Positions 39,461 to 47,230 of a stretch of DNA of 64,000 nt are shown here, in pieces; position 1 is the stretch's first letter; each line of letters begins with the position of its first letter. Origin of the DNA: Felis catus. Lineage: Eukaryota. Both the position numbers and the translations under genes were made by a program. The notes beneath the pieces are model-generated. The model was not told where the DNA came from, ran no database searches, and saw only the letters and a list, made by a program, of their open reading frames with translations. Where the stretch lies: contig NC_058368.1 of assembly GCF_018350175.1 (NCBI RefSeq), positions 14,324,001-14,388,000 on the forward strand, read 5' to 3'.

Positions 39461-40526
39461 CCTTTTTATTGCCTTTATCCTACTGTGACTGTGACTCGTT
39501 TGACTATGTGCATTTCAGGGCGTGGGGGGAGATGGAGGGGGGGGAGGAATGGAGGGGAACTTAAGGCGCCCTTGCTACAAAAAAAAAAAAAAAAAAGAGA
39601 GAGAGAGAGAGAAGAACAATAAAAAAAAAGAATAATTTCTGTGTTCCATGTCTGTGTTTTCAGTACAGGATAGCAAAGAGTGCCTCCCCTTTCGGGGAAT
39701 CTTAAAGGGGCAGTTAAGTGATCCCCTTTGAATTAATATTCTAATACGTAATTTTCAACATTAACTCAGATTGAGGGAATTCGAAGTAGGCACACTTTCT
39801 GAAACATCTTTTCCTGAAGATTAGTTTCTCTAGTTTCAAAAGTTGAGAAATAGCACTTCTGGCACGCTTTTCTGAGAATCGCCTTGTTCGAGCGTCTTAC
39901 AATTTCATCACTTTTGACTGATTCTCTGTGAAAATCACTGCTACGATTTTTGTTCTTTTCTACATAAGAAACGTACTTAATATCCTTGTGTGTGTGTGTG
40001 TGTACGTGCGTATGTGGCGCGGTTTAGGACGCCGATGTGAATCTTCATGCAAGTTGCAAACCCGTAAGTTAGTACAGTGGAATTCATACATCCAGATCCT
40101 CTACGCCTTCACACCCTCCCGCCCATCCTTGGGGAACTCCGCTGCCCAATGGACCGGGCTTTCCCGGATGGCTGGCCTTTGGGGGCAGTGCTGACTGCCT
40201 AGGGTCTCCCAAAGCCGGTGGTGCCCCACGGAGAATCGGGGCATTTGTGGGATTTCTAGGCGGAGGTTACCAACTCTCTTGCTAAGGGTCACTTACTCGG
40301 TATTCTGACCTCTTGGGGCTTTATAGGATTCTGTATCTCTACTCTCGTTATAAGATAATGTGCAAAAGCTAAGCAGACCTTATCTCACACGAGAGGAGCT
40401 AGCCGCATGACCACAGGCACCATTTTCTTAGTACATCTTTAAAAATAAAGACCTGCGGCACCCTTCGGGAGGGAGCGGGAGAGGGCCACAGGGATTCAGC
40501 CTGACTCCGGTGCCCTTGTCTTTCAG

Positions 40527-40663
40527 GCCCAGTGGTTCTCAGTACCCCAGCCCAGCTCATCGCTCCTGTGGTGGTGGCCAAGGGGACTCTCTCCATCACC
40601 ACGACAGAAATCTACTTCGAGGTAGATGAGGATGATCCTGCCTTCAAGAAGATCGACACGAAA
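40527..40663 (+). CDS. NBEA: NBEA internal coding exon, 137 nt, start of PH domain: (G)[45 protein letters not shown]
   Basis: Acceptor cccttgtctttcag| at 40526/40527; donor AAA|gtgagt at 40663/40664. In frame with the previous exon. [15 protein letters not shown] is typical of the BEACH-associated PH domain. Confidence 0.95.
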
Positions 40664-41984
40664 GTGAGTTAGAGTGATTCTGTAAACAGTCCTGGTGGCT
40701 TTGTGGCAGGAAGTGGTTTTCAATTTTGCTTGGTTTTAAATGACAGTGGGGGAGGGGAGCATGTTTCCATCTTTGTCATAGGAAATAAAATGAATGAAAT
40801 AACACATGCTCTATTTTATGGGACTGAAGAATATATTAATGATTTTAAATCCCGTGTTACCAGAGCATGCTCATTTTAATACTTTCTACATGAGAGCCTT
40901 TGTCTGCACTTGGGTAGATTTGATAGTTAAGCCAATTGTTCAAAGTCTCTGGGGTACAGCATCCCAAGCTCTTTGGGAAGACTGGGAAGGTTTTTCTGGA
41001 ATACCTTAAGATCACTTTTAATTTCCAGACGTGTACATTGAAATGTGAATTATTATTCATTAAAAGGTTATAAGGAAACGGGGGGGGGGGGAGCGAGGTG
41101 GCATTTAAATATAAATTCATCTCCATTATTACATCCATTTTTCATCTCCTGAAATAAGAATGCGCTTTACATGTGAATTTAAGAGCAGGAGAAACTAATT
41201 CTCTAAGAAGCATCGATTTCAAGTGTGTAGGTCATATATACTAGCAATCAGATGTTTAAAGTTTGCGTTCTTCTGTGGGTGTAATGCCAGAAGATACATA
41301 TTTGGACAATTTGAAATGCATAAATATTTATTTAGTATATCTTATTGTGTAGATTTTAAAACCTGATGTTGGGACAGCTCTACACCTCTGCACTTTCTTT
41401 TCAAATCAATGTGATTGTTGTTTTAACTTTTATGTTACCCTGCAGTCTGTAAACTTTTCTGAGGTTAAGAATTCAAGTGTCCTGCTAGATATCCAAGCAT
41501 CAGTATACAGAAGATCTTCCTTTGCAAGCTTTATCAGAAGCAATTATTCTAAAATAGTCAAAGACAAATGCTCCCACAGATTCAGAACTTTATTATTTGT
41601 ATTTAATTTTTGTATAGAAATAAAGTATTATAAAACACGATTTGTAGAAGAGGAACTGAAACTCCAAAATCTACCCTCACCTGAATTAACTGCCTACCTT
41701 AGGGCCTGTAGGTGGTTAGCTCTCAGCACTTGTTGACTATTAAAATACTTGGAAGGACAGTCAAAGGACTTCTTACACTTCTGGCTCCCAAAGGATGGAA
41801 TGTTTAAAATGAGCTGAAATGTAGTGTATTTGATTTTTAAATAATTTAAAGTTTGTCTTTATGCTTTTATCATTAGCTTGCCCTACAAAGGAAAAATAAA
41901 TTTTGGGTTTCTGATTAACTTATTCAGCTAATGGAACACTAACTGCATAAAATAAGATTTGACATAAAGTGGTCAGAAATAATC

Positions 41985-41995
41985 TTTATTTTATT
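41985..41995 (-). terminator. Candidate distal polyadenylation signal of MAB21L1 (two overlapping AATAAA)
   Basis: + strand TTTATTTTATT reads AATAAAATAAA on the - strand, ~1.27 kb after the stop. Confidence 0.55.
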
Positions 41996-42384
41996 AGCAT
42001 AGTTAGTTTTCATATACAAATTTTGAAACTTTCATTGTGACTTTGAGTTCACTTTCTCTGAGTCAAATTTTTAACTCCACAGTCTTTGCTGCCATGACAT
42101 ATTTTTTCCTTATATTACCAGAAATGCTACAGAACCTAGTCCGGAAGAGCAGACTTTCAAGGGTAGATTTAAATCTGTCTGTCATAGAAAGGAATAGTCT
42201 TATAAGTAGATCATTAGCTTCTGTAGCCGTACAAAGAGTTTTCTCCGGTATTTTAAGGTTTTATTTTTAATAATTCCATTAGCACACTCCTCAAAATGTT
42301 TAAGATACTCAGGTGGGTTCAGTTTCCAAAATGAAGCGTTACATCTTTTGATAGAAAAACAATTTAAAGTGAGACACAACAACT

Positions 42385-42403
42385 TTTATTTACTTCATTT
42401 ATT
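42385..42403 (-). terminator. Candidate proximal polyadenylation signals of MAB21L1
   Basis: Two AATAAA on the - strand followed by a GU-rich element (GTTGTTGTGTCTC, + 42371-42383). Confidence 0.45.
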
Positions 42404-43252
42404 AGCTTCTAATTAAATAAAAACCAGCAACAGAAATTAAAATCTAAGTCACAAAAGTAGTTATCCAGTGTATTTCAAGTGCATTTTCAAATATATAATT
42501 CAGATATTCAAGCGTTATTATATAAGCTGAATTCAAATTTCTTTGAATATATTTAAATAACATTTCAAGTATATTTATGGAATGTTAGAAATAGAACAAG
42601 CATTATATTTGAAACAAAATGTAAACTTTTTTAAAGTTCAGACACTTTCAAAGACAGATAAAAGTACCGGGAGGAAATCTACCTTTAAATGGTATCTTTG
42701 TTAGCGGAAAATGTCTGGAAGTATCCAAAACGGCAATTTAACTTCTGTTCACCAAATCACAAAACACCAACATCCACACGTTCAAAGACAATGTGAGATC
42801 ACAATATTTGTTACAAACCAAAATATACATTACACTTTCCTTCAGATGGCATATCCAAATGGTGTTTACTCACAGACAGATGCACCTAAATCACCAGGAT
42901 TGCTATAATCCTTTGATAGCTGGGCAGAGTGTTCTCTGTGGTCTTGCATTACAGCCGGGTTGCTTTCCGGGTGTTACTGTGTACTTTTCGAGGGCGATAA
43001 GAAATCCTTTGTAAAAGAAGTCTTCTAATACTTGTGGGTTTGGGTTTTTCTCTATCCGTTTTCCCTACTTCTTCTTCTCCCCTTGGAGGGGTGGGTGAGA
43101 TGATGCCTAAACATTGTACTGTTATTCCTTTTTAAGGAAGAGATTGTTTGCACTGACAAGTGGAATATTAGATAGGAATCGACCAGGAAGTTTACACCGA
43201 AGTAGGTCTTTGAGAAGAGCAATCACATTTCGGCTCTTGACGAAACGGTCCT

Positions 43253-44332
43253 CTAAAGTTTCTCCAAACTTTTCGGGTTGGTCAGGATCTCTCTCGCCAG
43301 TCGCCACGTTTGTTTGGCAGCGTTCTCCAGAGCCGAATGAGGTTTGCCTTGGAACAGATCTAAGTTCGGGAGGAAGTAGTGAGGACACCGCCGGCACTGC
43401 AGGCAGGAGATAAGTTGCAGCAAAATCCCGTTAAGCCGATCACCCAGGCAGGACTCGTCCCAGTCCGACTCCCGGGGATGCTTTTCACACTCGTAGGAAA
43501 CCAGAGTCTTCATGTGGTAATTGTTGAGGGGCTGGCCGGGCAGTTCGAGGTGCCGATCCCGCAAGGTTTTGAGGATGGAGAGGCATTTCTTCCTGCAGCC
43601 CCCCATCTGCAGTCTGTTCTCCGCTTCCGCGAACTGCAGCACCCAGGCGTCGCTCTCGGCCGAGCTCTGTTTGCCGGCCAGGGAGTGGCACTCCTTGGAC
43701 AGGAGATTGAACCCTTCCGCTTTGACCTCCGCCACCCGGTTGGGTCCCGGCCAGGGGATGTGGGGAAGCGGCCAGTGGGCAGCACTCCTGGGCCAGATGC
43801 CGGTGCACTTAAAGGCCGGGGTGATCTGCACCACGTACCTATCTCGGATTCGCAGTTTCACTTCGCTGGTGTCCGCCACCATTTTCACCACGTCCCTGTA
43901 GCTGCATTTGTCCACCGCCTGGGCCACCAGCGTCTGGAACCTGGACCGGATCTTGCGCGCCGAGAGGTAGCCGGAGGCGGTGATGAATTCCACCCAGAGG
44001 GACATGCTCCTCTTGCGCCCGTCGCTCAGCTTCAGCACCGCGCAGCCGGGCAGCGAGCCGTCGTCCACAAAGTTGAACACCCCCATCTGGTTCAGGTAAA
44101 GCACCACTTCAAACTCGGTGGGGGAGATGACCTCGAGGCCCTCGTAGCGATTGTCCATCTCGTTGAGAGAGCTGATGAAGCGGGGCTCCTGGACCTCCAC
44201 TTCTTTCAGGACGTCGGAAACGACTTTGCAGACTTCGCGGATCGTCTTGGCGATGGCAGCCTTCCTGGCCTGGCACTTCTCGTTGTAGTATTTATTCAGA
44301 TGGTACACCAGCTTGGCCTGGGCCGCGATCAT
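43253..44332 (-). CDS. MAB21L1: Protein mab-21-like 1, 359 aa, single coding exon, nested antisense in an NBEA intron; cGAS/Mab-21 nucleotidyltransferase fold
   Basis: ATG at 44332 (CCCAACATGATCGCG); 1080 nt to TAG. Runs MIAAQAKLVYHLNKYYNEKCQARK...TNPKSLEKL. YHLNKYYNEK, SLNEMDNRY and SLEKL distinguish L1 from MAB21L2, and the host gene is NBEA as expected for L1. Confidence 0.98.
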   Translation of the reverse strand: MIAAQAKLVYHLNKYYNEKCQARKAAIAKTIREVCKVVSDVLKEVEVQEPRFISSLNEMDNRYEGLEVISPTEFEVVLYLNQMGVFNFVDDGSLPGCAVLKLSDGRKRSMSLWVEFITASGYLSARKIRSRFQTLVAQAVDKCSYRDVVKMVADTSEVKLRIRDRYVVQITPAFKCTGIWPRSAAHWPLPHIPWPGPNRVAEVKAEGFNLLSKECHSLAGKQSSAESDAWVLQFAEAENRLQMGGCRKKCLSILKTLRDRHLELPGQPLNNYHMKTLVSYECEKHPRESDWDESCLGDRLNGILLQLISCLQCRRCPHYFLPNLDLFQGKPHSALENAAKQTWRLAREILTNPKSLEKL

Positions 44333-45010
44333 GTTGGGGCAGAGATCCGGATTGTACACCGGAGTCTCGCAGTAAGCTGTGGGATCCAATGCGGCTGCTA
44401 GAGCGGGAGCCAACTTCGGTGGAGAAACGGGCCGCCGCGCTCAGAAACGCACCCAAACGCTCTCCGACGTGCTGCCGCGCTGGACTCCCAGCCCGCTGCT
44501 CTCCCCCCTTCCTTTTATCTTTGAGCCCGGACGGCCTGAAAGTGAAAGCCTGCTCTCCCCCCCACCCCCCTCGGTCTTTCTTCCTCCTTTAAAGGATCCT
44601 TGTGCGAGAGAAACGCAAGGAGAGATCACCTTATCAGTAGTGAAAACAAAAGTTGCGCCGAGACCCAGCAAAGCTCCTCCCGTAGCGAAAATAACCGGCC
44701 CTCTCCGTATTTATTTACGCCTTCCCGCAATCATCGTGTCTGCCGGACTGTTAATCAGACGGAGGAAGAGTGTGCGGAGTGTGTGTCGGGGGTGAGTGTG
44801 CGTGTGTCTGTGTCAGAAGAAGCTGCTGTTGGTTTGTCTAAGAGCCCAGATGCACTCGTGTGGAAATTATAAAGGCAGGGCCAGGCAGGCTGGCGGCCAA
44901 TCGCCACTGGGCTCGTCACGACAGCCTCCTTCAGCTCCAACCCGGCTAATTAATCCCCCCTCGTGGATATAGGCACACAAACTAAAGGTAGGAGGCTGCT
45001 GCCGGCAGAA
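43280..45010. promoter_or_regulatory. CpG island covering the MAB21L1 CDS, 5' UTR and promoter
   Basis: High GC and CpG density throughout. Confidence 0.85.
44835..44960 (-). promoter_or_regulatory. MAB21L1: MAB21L1 core promoter: TATA-like TTATAA (44867-44872), CCAAT box GGCCAATC (44895-44902), homeodomain site CTAATTAATCC (44946-44956)
   Basis: Motifs read directly, at the edge of the CpG island ~0.5 kb upstream of the ATG. Spacing fits a - strand TSS near 44840 (inferred). Confidence 0.6.
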
Positions 45011-45390
45011 AACCACCCAGGCCACCTAGACAGTTTTGGAAATCAAGAGGAATCTCTCGGCTTTGGTATTAATGGAAGCATATTGACGTTTTGAAAAGAC
45101 TTGGCAAAGTGCTTCTCTTCTGTGTTGAAAAAAAAAAAAGCCCTGCTTGTCTTTTTACCGCGGAAATGCAAATACAGGTGTATTAATGGTCATCCATCAA
45201 TTAGTGAACTAGATGGGGTCTTCTAAAACCAAAGTCACTAACTTGCATTTAGAAAAGGATAATTAACGTCTCTTAATCCTGGAGGTCTTTCAAAATGCAG
45301 GTTGAGAGCTTGCTGTTGCACGTCTGTGCGAGTTGGCTTTAGATGGACTGATGCCTGTGTAATTTTTTGGATGTTCCTATAATGTCAGAA

Positions 45391-45396
45391 TGTTGC

Positions 45397-45430
<34 letters not shown>
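45391..45430 (+). repeat. (TTG)n trinucleotide repeat ~0.55 kb upstream of the MAB21L1 TSS
   Basis: Read directly. Confidence 0.95.
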
Positions 45431-45431
<1 letters not shown>

Positions 45432-46331
45432 TAATGTTATGCAGCGTTCTAACTCTGGTTTTTCCTCATTTGCAGTGGTTGAAAGGAATCTGAAAATTAC
45501 TGTTTTGTGAGACGTTGTCTACGGCTCTTTAAGTTAGGATGTTTAAAAAATGTTTAGGATCACTCCCCCTCTGTCCCCAACTGCAGCCCTCTTTGTACTT
45601 CGGTTGACTTGCCAACATAATCAGGACACTGAGTTTTGTATGCACTGGTAGAAAGCTTTAAAAAATAACTTCTCTCTGTGATCGAGAGACTGTTGTAACG
45701 TGAGTTCCTAGTGGGCTGGGTTTTAATATGTGAAATGAAGGCGAGATCATAGAGATGAGACCTACTGGAAGATAACTGTTCCAAAAATTTTCAGGCTCGG
45801 GGTTTCTGGCTTGCCTATTGATGTATAATTCAGGATATACCTCCTCTCCTAAGTGTCCTTAGTGGTGACCTGACAGACTTCTAATTTTATACGATTTCAT
45901 GTGATTTGATTGAGGGAAAAATCAGTTACGATTGTAAAAGAAAACTAATTTGCAGTCATCCAGGGTGTTAAAATTTAAATGCCATTTTGGAAAACTTTGA
46001 AAGAAAAATCAACATTTCCAAATTTTGGAACCTTGATACAGGAGGGGGGAATGGATTTATGTAGAACATGTTTTTGGTTTTGTTTTCTGGTGATACCAAT
46101 TGTGTCCTTCATGTACAGGAAAGGAAATAAATACTACTTAGGGACTATGTAGTGGTTTTAAAACCCAGGCAGATTTTTAATGCCTACCTTTAATTTAGAT
46201 GTCGTGTCTTTAAAATTAACAATATTTCCAGCCAAATCTTGTAACTCCTGGTAACAGGTCTGTAGGCACTTTCTTTCAGAGCCACTTTCAACAAGATCTT
46301 GTTCAGGGCTCCCACTTTTTACCTGAGCTTT

Positions 46332-46362
<31 letters not shown>

Positions 46363-46519
46363 GCACAGGTACAAGCATCACAAAGGCACCTATTATTTCC
46401 TTTCTCCTTATCCAAGAGTGATAGGTTCCAGATTTAGCTTAAAACAATACATTAGATTTGGGGCTCATGGCATCCATCTACTCTATTCCCCAGGAACCTT
46501 CCATTCCCTGGGGAGCAGG

Positions 46520-47230
46520 GACTGGGAACACGCGAACAGCCCCTCCCCACTTTGCAGGCTCTGCGGGTGAACGCACTGCTACCTTTTGGCAGTTGGAAGA
46601 GGGAGAAGAAGACGCAAATCCGAACCGCAGAACCCGAGGCCAAGAAGGCGAAGATGCGCCTTGGTCTCAGGGGAAAAGCCACCTCTGGCCCTCACCCAGC
46701 GTCTGTCCCCTCTCTCCCGCTGCTCCGCACTTCCAAGCCAGCCTCCTTTCCTCTCTCTGTTCCGTGGGTTTTTTTTTTTTTTTTTTCCTGCGTGCGCGTT
46801 ATTCTAAGCCTTACTCGGTGTCCTCGGCTTCTCCCCGTCCGCTCCAGGCCACGGCCTCTGCCCGCGCATCCCTCAGCCCCGCCGTCGCCCGGGCCCACGT
46901 GCGCCCGCAGCCTAGCCCCGCGCTTTCTCGTCGGCGGCCGCGAGCCCTTGCGCCCAGCGCTCTGTCCCTTGGGTGCGGACCAGAGTTGCTCGGCCAGGAC
47001 CTCGTCCCTCGATTTGCTGGGCCACCTGCAAGTACCCCGGCCGCCGAGGACGTGCGGCCTGGGACGCGGAGGCCCCGGGGCCGTGTGGGGGGACCGTGGC
47101 GCGGCGGTCCGGGTGGGTCTAACGCGAGGGACGCGAGGGGCGCCCGGCCGGCCTCGCTGGAGCCAAGCGCGCAGGTGGCGCATCTTCGGGGCTCGCTGTG
47201 CGGCTTAATTGGGTTAAAGCGAAGCTAAAC
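46520..47230. promoter_or_regulatory. CpG island about 1.7-2.4 kb upstream of the MAB21L1 TSS
   Basis: Very GC- and CpG-rich block; TAATTG homeodomain cores at its right edge (near 47206 and 47252). Confidence 0.85.

Larger units (their letters stand above)
41960..43252 (-). other. MAB21L1: MAB21L1 3' UTR (approximate), AT-rich and repeat-free
   Basis: Follows the stop codon on the - strand. AATAAA signals (TTTATT on +) at 42398-42403, 42385-42390 and overlapping at 41985-41995. The end is inferred. Confidence 0.6.

Noticed and set aside
38640..39622. Several 60-94 aa ORFs in the intronic CpG island
   Set aside because: Compositional artefact; no splice-supported reading frame.
43253..44332. 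Assignment as MAB21L2 in LRBA, or as a bacterial CBASS/CD-NTase system
   Set aside because: Diagnostic residues and host exons match MAB21L1 and NBEA. The context is a mammalian intron with no operon.
43379..44401. 340-aa + strand ORF and other ORFs overlapping MAB21L1
   Set aside because: Antisense shadow of a GC3-rich CDS; no recognisable domain and a non-ATG start.
46458..47228. 256, 218 and 163 aa ORFs in the upstream CpG island
   Set aside because: Stop-poor GC-rich DNA giving low-complexity Arg/Pro/Ala/Gly translations in several frames, crossing a poly-T run.
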